From a virus (lineage: Duplodnaviria > Caudoviricetes): a DNA stretch of 61,090 nucleotides. The notes beneath the pieces were generated by a model. The model ran no database searches and was not told the origin of the DNA. It saw only the letters and a list, made by a program, of their open reading frames with translations. The stretch covers positions 1-61,090 of the IMG/VR virus record IMGVR_UViG_3300024232_000010, one strand, 5' to 3'. Positions 1 through 8,800 of this stretch are shown here, one piece after another; within the stretch, counting starts at the first letter, position 1; each line of letters opens with the position of its first letter. Both the position numbers and the translations under genes were made by a program.

Positions 1-3
1 CAG

Positions 4-327
4 TCAGGACCTCAGGGTGTCCCCGATGCTCACCTTCCATGAGGTCCTGACTGGTGCGACGATCTTGAGGGGGTGGAAGCTGTACATGTCATCGCTGACG
101 GCCACCTGGTCCAGCTGGTCAGCGGCTGGAACGGGTCGGAGAATCGCAGCCTGCGCCGGCGTGTTACCCGCGGAAGGAAGGGTAAGGGCCGTGATAGTGG
201 CAGCGAACGCGGCAGCGTACGCCATTGTGCGTTTCACTCGGGATGCCTCCTTGTTGGGTCCCGAAGCGAAACGTACTACCGCTGCCGCGTCGCTGTCACC
301 GGAATGTGATGAATCGTTTTGATTCAC
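4..327 (-). CDS. Putative secreted protein ending in what looks like the start of a LysM domain (possibly truncated)
   Basis: Signal-peptide-like stretch (MAYAAAFAATITALTLPS...AQAA). The ORF ends WKVSIGDTLRS*, resembling the LysM 'xVxxGDTL' start, at the window edge. Confidence 0.4.
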   Translation of the reverse strand: MNQNDSSHSGDSDAAAVVRFASGPNKEASRVKRTMAYAAAFAATITALTLPSAGNTPAQAAILRPVPAADQLDQVAVSDDMYSFHPLKIVAPVRTSWKVSIGDTLRS

Positions 328-382
328 GCGATTCCGCTGGTCAGGGGGGGTGCGTGAATCAGCGCGGTTCAGTCAGGGCATG

Positions 383-412
383 AAAAAACCGCCCCCGCCG
401 AGGGCGGGGGCG
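383..412 (-). terminator. Intrinsic terminator ending the late operon
   Basis: Minus strand reads CGCCCCCGCC-ctc-GGCGGGGGCG-g-TTTTTT, just downstream of the 435 stop. Confidence 0.85.
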
Positions 413-434
413 TGCTTGTGCTAGCGGGTGAACG

Positions 435-989
435 TCATGCGGAGGTTTGCCTCCAGCCCCTGGTGACGATCCACTGTACCCAGTCTGAAGGCTGGCATCC
501 CCTGTCACCGGGCGGGTGCGCCACACCGGCTTTGCCGTAGGCGTAGGCGGCGGCTGACGAGCAGACCACGTGACCGGCGACAAGGCCGTGCCACTGCGAG
601 TCCCACCCGGGCAGGTGCATGCCGAGGTCGGCCAGGGCGTCAGCGGTGATCGACTCCCAGTCGTACGCGGTGCCGAGCAGGGCCTCCATCTGCTTGGCGA
701 TGGCCGCGCCCTGGTCAGCGGCGAGCGGCTGGTTCTGGTTGGTGATCGTCCACGGGTTTTTCAGGTAGGCGGTGGCGTCACGCCATCCCACCCCGCCTGG
801 CCGCCCCTCGATCGCCCACAGGGTCCCCTTGTCATCGGTGTGGTGGATGACAGCGACGTGGTTCTCAAGGTTGGGCTTTCCGCGGAGCGCCGCACCGAAC
901 CTGATCATCGCGGACGGGAAACCACCCGACCTGGTGACTAGCACGGTACCCGGGAGCATGACGCTCGTACCCGGGAGCATGACGCTCAT
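435..989 (-). CDS. Permuted papain-like (NlpC/P60-related, YiiX/YebB-type) amidase; possible endolysin
   Basis: His-before-Cys order (NHVAV ... AYDW ... VVCSS). ATG at 989 overlaps the upstream stop (ATGA). Lies next to holin-like genes. Confidence 0.6.
   Translation of the reverse strand: MSVMLPGTSVMLPGTVLVTRSGGFPSAMIRFGAALRGKPNLENHVAVIHHTDDKGTLWAIEGRPGGVGWRDATAYLKNPWTITNQNQPLAADQGAAIAKQMEALLGTAYDWESITADALADLGMHLPGWDSQWHGLVAGHVVCSSAAAYAYGKAGVAHPPGDRGCQPSDWVQWIVTRGWRQTSA
946..987. repeat. Perfect 21-bp tandem duplication
   Basis: gtacccgggagcatgacgctc occurs twice (946-966, 967-987), encoding SVMLPGT twice. Confidence 0.95.
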
Positions 990-1213
990 GGCTTTCCCGC
1001 CAGGGTGGCCGGGGCTGCTGCGGGAGTGGCACGGTGGGTGTGCGGGGCGAGGTACGCGGCGATGGTGTGGCCGGCCCAGGCCAGGATGAACGGCAGCGCG
1101 TCCATTACGGGCTGCGGCAAGCCGTTCTTGAACACGAACGTGACCAGAGCCCACACGACCAGGCCCGTCACGCCGCCTGCTGCCGTACCGGCTTTAACCT
1201 TGGTTTCTATCAT
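986..1213 (-). CDS. Holin-like small membrane protein
   Basis: MIETKVKAGTAAGGVTGLVVWAL..., two hydrophobic segments, next to a putative amidase. Confidence 0.6.
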   Translation of the reverse strand: MIETKVKAGTAAGGVTGLVVWALVTFVFKNGLPQPVMDALPFILAWAGHTIAAYLAPHTHRATPAAAPATLAGKP

Positions 1214-1550
1214 TTTCGCGGACTCCTTCCCTGGCGTGTACCGCGCCATCTCTCTGGGCTCGGTAGATGATCCAGGTACGCCACAATATGATCGGGGGGA
1301 TCGCGGAGATCGAGACGACTATCAGGTAGAGGAACCAGACAGATGTGATGTTGACACCGAACATCTGGTGCAGGAAAGATGGCAGCAGGGCAAGTGCCAG
1401 CGCCCCGTCCAGGGATACCAGGTTCCATCCCAGCGCCGTTTCCCACCACGGATAGAAGAAAGACACCACAACCGGGAAAGAAACCGAGGCGAGGAAACTC
1501 GCTATCACGGCTATCTGAACCCAGTCCATCAGAAAGTGCATCTGCGTCAT
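1194..1550 (-). CDS. Membrane protein with 3 hydrophobic segments (putative holin)
   Basis: Three hydrophobic segments, a PWW motif, and a lysis-cassette position. Confidence 0.55.
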   Translation of the reverse strand: MTQMHFLMDWVQIAVIASFLASVSFPVVVSFFYPWWETALGWNLVSLDGALALALLPSFLHQMFGVNITSVWFLYLIVVSISAIPPIILWRTWIIYRAQRDGAVHAREGVRENDRNQG

Positions 1551-1774
1551 TTCTCACCTTCTTTCTTATCCTTTACCTGACGCTTTCTGATGGCATCCTG
1601 GATCAGGGAGGTGATGTGGTTCTCAGCTCTTAGCTCACGTAGCGGTATGATAACTGCGACGTGCGTGTCGTCCAGGCGCTGCTGGGATATCTCACGTTCC
1701 CGCCGCGCCGCCTCCAGGTCGTGCTGCCGCCGCGTCTTGTGTTCCTGGTACCATTCGAATACGTTGAACCTCAT
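1547..1774 (-). CDS. Hypothetical protein (lysis cassette)
   Basis: 75 aa charged ORF with ATGA-type overlap to the next gene. Confidence 0.55.
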   Translation of the reverse strand: MRFNVFEWYQEHKTRRQHDLEAARREREISQQRLDDTHVAVIIPLRELRAENHITSLIQDAIRKRQVKDKKEGEK

Positions 1775-2010
1775 TCTAGCTCCCTGTGGAGCGAGGTCAT
1801 GACATCCCTGACGATCTGCCCCGTCAGAACCCCAGCGTCACCTCGTTTACGTTCCAGTTCGAGGGCCCTTTTCAGTTCCCCGATCTCTTCTTTCTTCTCA
1901 TCCATCGCCGCTTTGGTGTGGATCATCCCGGTGAGCCACAAGACAAAGAACACGACGGCTGTACCGCCAGTCCCGCCGCCAATGTAGGAGAGAATATCCC
2001 CAAGTGTCAT
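1771..2010 (-). CDS. Membrane protein with one TM segment and a coiled coil (lysis cassette)
   Basis: MTLGDILSYIGGGTGGTAVVFFVLWLTG followed by a charged helix. RBS upstream. Confidence 0.6.
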   Translation of the reverse strand: MTLGDILSYIGGGTGGTAVVFFVLWLTGMIHTKAAMDEKKEEIGELKRALELERKRGDAGVLTGQIVRDVMTSLHRELE

Positions 2011-2083
2011 ACTCTCCCGCCTCACCTTACATCGGGCACCGTCCCCTACCGCGGGCCTGCCCGTCCATTATCTACCACAACCC

Positions 2084-2389
2084 TCACGTCGGACCGCGCA
2101 CACCGGCGAGCGCGCTGTCGAAGTTGAACGTCCCTGCCTGGGTGCCCAGGCCGAAGTACACCTGGGCGACCGCGAACATGTTGTTCGCCTTGACCCAGAA
2201 CGTGGCCGCGTCCGTCGCGGACATGCCCATGGTGACAAGCGCCGCCTGCTGCGCCGCCTGGTCCGCGCCCAGCGATGCGATGAAGTTCCACAGCGACACG
2301 ATCGACCGGCACGAGTCACGCAGCGACGTTGCGCATTCGCCGAGCTTGAAGTTCATCGCGCTGATGTCAGTCGGGTTCCCCACGGCCAT
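2084..2389 (-). CDS. Hypothetical tail-associated protein
   Basis: GGAG RBS before ATG 2389; directly follows the minor tail gene. Confidence 0.6.
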   Translation of the reverse strand: MAVGNPTDISAMNFKLGECATSLRDSCRSIVSLWNFIASLGADQAAQQAALVTMGMSATDAATFWVKANNMFAVAQVYFGLGTQAGTFNFDSALAGVRGPT

Positions 2390-2400
2390 GTCAGTCTCCC

Positions 2401-5400
2401 CTACATCCGCCTGGTCAGTTTCGTACGGTAAGTCGTCAGTGTCTGCCCGGTCTGCGTCGCACCCCACGAAGCCCGGATTTCGAGGGTGTGGCTGATCGTC
2501 GGGTCCCACGAGAGGGCCTGCGCGTTGCCGCCCATCGTCCCCGAGTTCGTCGCGGTCAGGGTGGTCGCGTTCTGGTCACGCCAGATGCCCGTGGCGTCCA
2601 TGTTGGCCTGGTTGGAACCGATGTACTGCACCCGCCAGGTGACTGTGTAGGAGATGGAGATGCCCGTGCCGACGATGCTGTTGGCCAGCGTCATCGGGTT
2701 GAGCTGCGTGCCAGCGGTGCCGTAGGCCGAGCCGTCCTTGAAAAGCCGCCAGTCAAGGTTGTGGTTCGCCGCCGTGCCGAACGCCGCCGACCCCGATATC
2801 TCGACCTCCCACTCGCTGGACTGGTCGCCCTCGTTGGCTGGGATGCTCATCGTCGCTGATATCTGCCCGGGGGTGGTCGTATTCCCGACGGTGAACTGGG
2901 CGACGTTGACCGTTGACCGTTCCAGTACGGTGTCCGTGCCCTGCGCGTTGATGAACTTGGGCCGGTTCGCGATCGACGAGTAGAAGATCGAAGCACCGGT
3001 GATAGCGGACGGGACCGACGACTGGTTGTTCAGGGTGATCTGCTGGGCGAACAGCCCCTGCGGGTAGGAGTGCCCGAAGAAGTCCGTGCCGGACGCACCG
3101 GCCAGGGAGAACAGCAGGTTGGACGAGCCGTCATAGCCGAAGATAGCGTCCCTGCTGCCGTCCATCTGGACGGCGGGGACCGTGGAAGCGGTCTGCACCA
3201 GGGCACCGGTGATGGTGGTGGCATCCACGATGCCCGCCACGACGATACCAGCGGCGAGCAGGGCAGCGGTGATAGTCCCCGCGGCGATGTTGGATGCGAC
3301 GATCGTGGCTGCTGCGATCTGCGCCGCGGTGATCGTCGCAGCCTGGATGGTGGCGCTCCCGTCGAACTTGAACGGAACCCATGAGGAGCCGTTCCACTGG
3401 GAGATCAGCCCCGTAGCTGACGCGATCCAGATGTCACCCGTGTTCGGGTTCGACGGTGCGCTCACCGAGATAGTGACAGCGTTACCGCCCAGGGTGTGGA
3501 AGGTGATCCCGCTGGACAGCATCCCGGGGGTGATGGAGCCGTTCGCGATCAGCGAAGCGAGCCCCAGCGAGCCCTGCGCCTGCGATGAGACCGGGCTGCC
3601 ACCGGGTATCTGCGCTGTCTGTATGGTTCCCGGTGAGAAACCCGTCTCCCACGGTGACTCGGGGACCGTGTTGAAGCTGAACGTCCACTCGCGGGCGTTC
3701 AGTGTCTCGCTGTACCCCCAGACCAGCTGCCTGATCGTGGTGGTGGTCAGGAACGAGGGGGGGTTGGTGATCTGGAAGTAGTCACCGATGTCCGCGGTCG
3801 CGATAGCGGAGAACAGGTTAGCCGAGGATGCCCTGATCATCTTCACGGTGACAACAGGGAACCGTATCTCGTCGACAGCGCCCAGGTTCAGCAGGAAGTT
3901 AGCTATCCCCGGGCACTGGTTGTCGTTGGCAGCGTTGACGGACCGGCTATAGTTGTAGCCGTTCCCGATGCCGTTCGGGGGGTTCAGCACTGACATGGGA
4001 CCGGCGGTCAGGACGGCCTGCTGCGTGTAACCTGTCCAGTTCGACACGGTGATGTTGTTCCGGGTGAGCTGGTCGTCGTAGGCGGGGGAAAAGTCCTGGT
4101 CGACCGTGGCAGCGGAGTAGTTCAGGGTGAACTGGACCTGCTGGTTCGCCATCGACGCGTTGGTCCGGTAGCCCATGCCGAACTGGTCGCGCAGCTCGTA
4201 CAGCAGGCCGCAGTCGGTGTCCTCGATGGACTGGAAGACGTTCTGGAGCGTGTCGTCGACCTGCGGCCCCATCGGCGCGGACGAAGACGGCGCGCCGATC
4301 GTGGACGATGTGATGCCCAGCTCTCCGCACAGCCGGACGAACCTGTCAGCGGCGAATTCGCCCTGGTACCCGTTGAGCGCGTAAGCCTCCTGCACCATGG
4401 ACGTGGGAGCGCCGTGCGAGCAGGAAAGATGCCCGACTGACGTGTCGACCAGTGCCAGGGCGCGGGAGAAGATGACCTTGGTGAGCTGGCCGACGCTGCC
4501 GCTGCCCAGCGAACCGGTGATCGACTCGGTGATCCCCGAAGCGCCCGCCTTGATGATCCGCAGGGCGAAGTTCACCCCGCTGGTCAGCTCGCATGACACC
4601 AGGTACGGTGTGCCCTTGACGTTCGTGGTGGTCGTACCGGATGCGATGACAGCACCACCGGAGTTACGCAGCTGCATCAGCAGGGTGCCGGTGGCGTTGA
4701 GGTACACCTCGAACTTGGCGACCGTACCGGTGGAGTCGATCTCGATCAGGTTCCAGTTGGTGCTGCCCGAAGCGGAGTCACCCGCCGAGGGGACCGACAG
4801 CAGGAACCGGGTGACGTTGCTGCCGGTGATCGCGCTCACCGTGTCTGGGCTGCTCATGATGCTGGCAGCGGTCGGGGTGATGCTGACGTTGCTGAACCCG
4901 GCGAACGGGGCACCGATGCTGGTGATCCTGAACTTCACCCCGGGGTTGTTCGTGTCGGTGAACGCATCCCCGACGGTGAGAGAAGCGGCCTGCGCGGTCG
5001 ACGCGATGAAATACGTCCCGTCTAGGGGGCTGCCGTTCGCCGTGAACGACCACGTGCCACCCGAGGGGACGATAGCGGTGATCGACGCGGCGTTCAGGGT
5101 GGCGATGTCATCGCTGCCGGGGAACGCCGCAGCGGATGCCAGGGATATCCCCGCCTGACCGGCTACGTAGGCCATCGTCGCGTTCTGCGTGCTGGCCACC
5201 GAGCCGAACGGCACGAACACCTTCGAACCGGAACCGTCTTCGATGGGCCAGTAGGAGCGCAGGCCGATAGCGGCTGCGGTGTTGACTTTGAACCGGCGGT
5301 AGGCAGAGCCCAGCGGGGTCTGGAGCTGGGAGAGCCTGCGCCATATCCCCGAGGCGACGATGTTGACAGCCACGTCGCGCTGCGAAGCGTCCCAGTGGAC

Positions 5401-5865
5401 CGGCCATTCAGCGACCTCACCGTAGAACCGGAAGCCCGCGTAGGACACGTTCGTCGTTGACGTGACGGACAGGAAGATGCGGATCTGCGTGTTCCTGGTG
5501 ATGTTCGGGAAATATGCTCCTGACGAGAGCTTAGGGGTGAACCGGCCGTCGCGGTTGTTCACCGTCAGCGTCAGCTGCGCCGGCTGGAGCGTAGACGTCC
5601 AGTCGGTACGGCCCACGTTGGTGATCGAGATGGAGTTCCGCTGGTACACGTACTGGGTGATGTCCGTCCACACCCCGCCGAGCAGCAGGTCCACCCGCAC
5701 GCCCAGGCGTTTGCTGGGGAAAGCCAGCGAAGTTATGTTCGAGGCGGGGATCAGCGCCGCGCCCATCGCGGTGGCGAGCTGTGCGTTCACGCCCGTCCCC
5801 GTGCTGGCAGCCGCCTGCACGCCCAGGCCCGTGGCGGTAGCAAGCTGAGCCGGGGCGTTGACCAT
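2401..5865 (-). CDS. Large minor tail / tail-tip protein
   Basis: 1154 aa, directly after the tape measure. N-terminal 'WTDIT.YV...LTLTVNNRDGRF' pattern, ITA..IAA fibre-like repeats, beta-rich C-terminus. Confidence 0.8.
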   Translation of the reverse strand: MVNAPAQLATATGLGVQAAASTGTGVNAQLATAMGAALIPASNITSLAFPSKRLGVRVDLLLGGVWTDITQYVYQRNSISITNVGRTDWTSTLQPAQLTLTVNNRDGRFTPKLSSGAYFPNITRNTQIRIFLSVTSTTNVSYAGFRFYGEVAEWPVHWDASQRDVAVNIVASGIWRRLSQLQTPLGSAYRRFKVNTAAAIGLRSYWPIEDGSGSKVFVPFGSVASTQNATMAYVAGQAGISLASAAAFPGSDDIATLNAASITAIVPSGGTWSFTANGSPLDGTYFIASTAQAASLTVGDAFTDTNNPGVKFRITSIGAPFAGFSNVSITPTAASIMSSPDTVSAITGSNVTRFLLSVPSAGDSASGSTNWNLIEIDSTGTVAKFEVYLNATGTLLMQLRNSGGAVIASGTTTTNVKGTPYLVSCELTSGVNFALRIIKAGASGITESITGSLGSGSVGQLTKVIFSRALALVDTSVGHLSCSHGAPTSMVQEAYALNGYQGEFAADRFVRLCGELGITSSTIGAPSSSAPMGPQVDDTLQNVFQSIEDTDCGLLYELRDQFGMGYRTNASMANQQVQFTLNYSAATVDQDFSPAYDDQLTRNNITVSNWTGYTQQAVLTAGPMSVLNPPNGIGNGYNYSRSVNAANDNQCPGIANFLLNLGAVDEIRFPVVTVKMIRASSANLFSAIATADIGDYFQITNPPSFLTTTTIRQLVWGYSETLNAREWTFSFNTVPESPWETGFSPGTIQTAQIPGGSPVSSQAQGSLGLASLIANGSITPGMLSSGITFHTLGGNAVTISVSAPSNPNTGDIWIASATGLISQWNGSSWVPFKFDGSATIQAATITAAQIAAATIVASNIAAGTITAALLAAGIVVAGIVDATTITGALVQTASTVPAVQMDGSRDAIFGYDGSSNLLFSLAGASGTDFFGHSYPQGLFAQQITLNNQSSVPSAITGASIFYSSIANRPKFINAQGTDTVLERSTVNVAQFTVGNTTTPGQISATMSIPANEGDQSSEWEVEISGSAAFGTAANHNLDWRLFKDGSAYGTAGTQLNPMTLANSIVGTGISISYTVTWRVQYIGSNQANMDATGIWRDQNATTLTATNSGTMGGNAQALSWDPTISHTLEIRASWGATQTGQTLTTYRTKLTRRM

Positions 5866-5868
5866 CTG

Positions 5869-8800
5869 CTACTTCCTCACGAACTTGATGTTGGGCTGCC
5901 CGAACGCCACCTGAACGTCACCCGCACCCTTGACCTTGACCTTCTTCGACAGCCACGCCGTCATGAACCGGTCGAACTCGCTGCCCGACGAGTCAACCTC
6001 GAACGTGACATGCAGCGCCTGGGAACCGACCGGCTCGGGCTTCCCGGTCCCGTTGTAGGCCATCGTCAGGCCCGGGGCGAGCCAGCCGCCCCTGTCGTAC
6101 GTCTTGACCCTGCCGCCCATCGCCATGCCCAGCGGTGCGATAACCGACGACAGGAACGAACCGATCGTGTCACCCACATCACCACCGTACGTGTGGGTGA
6201 TCTTCGGCAGCGGCTTGCCGCCCGGCCCCAGCTTCCCCGCCTTCTCCAGGGCGGCGAGCTGAGCATCGGAGTATCCCAGCATCTTGCTGATCGACGCGAT
6301 GGTGTTCTTCTGCCGGTTCATCTGCGCCGTCCACTGTGCCACGTTCTTCTTCAGGCCCGGCGCGTTCCCAGCCGCTGAGATGTAGCTTTTCAGCGTCTTG
6401 TCGTTAGCTTCGAGCAGGCTGCGCCACGCACGTTCAACGACCAGCTCCGTCTTCAGCGTGTTCAGCCGCTTCTTCTCATCAGCGGCCAGCGCCGCGTAAT
6501 GAGAATGCTGCTGCCCGGTCAGCCCGGCTGCCTTGGAAAGGACCTGGTTCTTGTGCAGCAGTGCCTCCATCGCCGCGATCTGCTGGTTGACCACGATCGG
6601 CCCCCATGCCGCGCCGAACCCTCCGCCCCGGCGGCTGCGCCATGCATTCAGCCAGATCGAGCCCTCTGACGCTATCTGCTTGGGTGACAGGTGAATCACC
6701 GGCAGCCCGCCACTGGAGCTGCCAGGTGGGACGGAAACAGAACCGGGCGACGCTGGCACGGTCCCGCTGGCAGTCACGTTGATCTGACCCAGGTACTTGC
6801 GCAGGTCAGCTGCGAACAGCGGGTGCCCGCCAGGCATGGCGCTGAGTCCCTTGTCCGAAGCGACCCGCGACACCGCACGCGCAGTCGCTGCGAAGTGGTG
6901 CATCCGGGAATCTGTCAGTCCCGCACCGGAAAGAGCAGAGTAAGCGGCCAGCTCATCCTTCTGCCGGGACGCCAGGGTAGCCAGCTCACCCCGCACCGTC
7001 GCCGTCAGGTACTTCTTCGGGCCGTGCAGGAAACTCTGCGTCAGCCCCCAGTACTTGGCACGCTCGTTCGTCTGCTCGGTGGCCAGCTTCGACCGCAACC
7101 CCGAAACCGTGCCACCGCTCGCGTAGCCGACCACGCCGCCTTGCGCGTATCCGTGCCCGGAACCGATCTGCCCGGGGCCGGTACCGAAGCCCCTGCCATG
7201 CTTGCCGTAGTTCACGGCGGCGTAGATGTTCGCTAGCGGCTGCTCAGAAACGCCGTACGCGACAGGACCCGGATATCCCATCCTCGGCGCACCGTACGTG
7301 GCGTACGTGCCCGCGATGACCTGCATCAATCCTACGGACGGGTGGCCGGCGCGGGCGTTGCTGTCCCAGAGGTTCACAGCCAGCGGGTTGCCGCCGCTCT
7401 CAGTCTGCATCTGGTACAGCACGTCGAGGACGAACCCCGGGTTCAGGCCCGCCATCGCCAGAGCCTGCCTCGCCACCCCAGCCCACTGGCCGACACCAGC
7501 ACCGGGGCGGAAATTCACGTGACCCGCGCTGAAAGCCGCCGCTGCCGCAGCCGCTGACGCCTCGGCCTTCTTCAGAGAATCCCGCATCTGGGACACCATG
7601 GAATCGGTCATGGTGGTCTGGAAGTTGCCGAACATCCCGTCGATGAACTTCGGTGTCAGGTTCCCTGTCATGTGACCGATACCAGTGGACCCTGGCGCAC
7701 CGCCGTTGGCGTAACGGGCGACATACCCGCCCCTGTTGAACCCGGGGATCGCACCCCGCAGGTGGTCGACAGCGCCCGCGTTAACCAGGCGGGTAGGGAC
7801 GACAACCTCACCCTTGGACAGCCACGCGGGCACGTCATCAGCGGTCGGCCCGGTGCCGGTGCTGACGTACATGCCCATGGCGGCACCCTTGGAGATGGCG
7901 TTGGGCCCGCCTGCCCCGTTGTTCCGGTTGTTCGGGTTGTTCAGCGCCGCCTGCCGGATGGTGTAGCTGCCGTTGCCCACCATGTCGATCGCGATGTTCT
8001 TGCCGTGCAGGTTGTTGATGTGGTTCTGGAGGGTGTCAACCTCCTTCCACAGCTCGATCGCCTTCTCCCGGGACAGGTGAAGTCCCTGCATCGCCCAGTC
8101 GATGAACTTCTGCTTCGCCGGGCCGCCCGCCAGGTTACCCAGGGCATCCATCTTGGGTCCCAGCTTCGAGGTGATCTCAGTCCACAGCTCGTCCGCCTTG
8201 TCCTTCGACAGGTGCAGCCCGTTCTTCGACCAGTCCTCGAACGCCCTGCGCACGTCGGGCAGGACCTTATTCGCCTGGTTGTTGATCGCCGGGGTCAGCT
8301 TCGACTGGATCTCCTGCCACAGCTGGTCAGCTTCCTTGCGGCTGAACCCCATCTGCTGCGCGAACGCGTCGAACTCGTTGTGCGCGTCCTTGGTGTTGCC
8401 GGTCAGGTGCACCAGCTGCTGCGCCAGCGCCAGCGCGGCGTCCTGCTGCGCCTTGCTGTTCTTCTTGGAGTGGAACATGGCGTTCGCGAAATCATCGAAC
8501 GCTTTCTGCCCACCGGTCGCCTGGAGTATCGCCTGTGCCATCGCGTCGTTCAGGTTCTGGCCCAGCGCGATCGACAGGTTCTTCACGTCTTCGGTCAGGT
8601 TCGATGCGGCCGTCGTCAGCGTCTCGGTGATCTTGTCCAGTTCCTTCATCGGGTCCTGGACCTTCCCGACCCACTTCTCCAGCTCCTTCATGCTGTTCGC
8701 ACCCGGGTAGCCGCCGTGCTGCGCCAGGGCGAAAAGCACATCTTGCAGGGCCTTGCTGTGACCGGCTGCGGGGATCAGCGCCGCCACCATGTCCTGCGTG

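Noticed and set aside
321-360. Inverted repeat GATTCACGC/GCGTGAATC as a possible riboswitch or att site
   Set aside because: A single 9-bp stem with no recognisable riboswitch consensus, and no integrase in the window.
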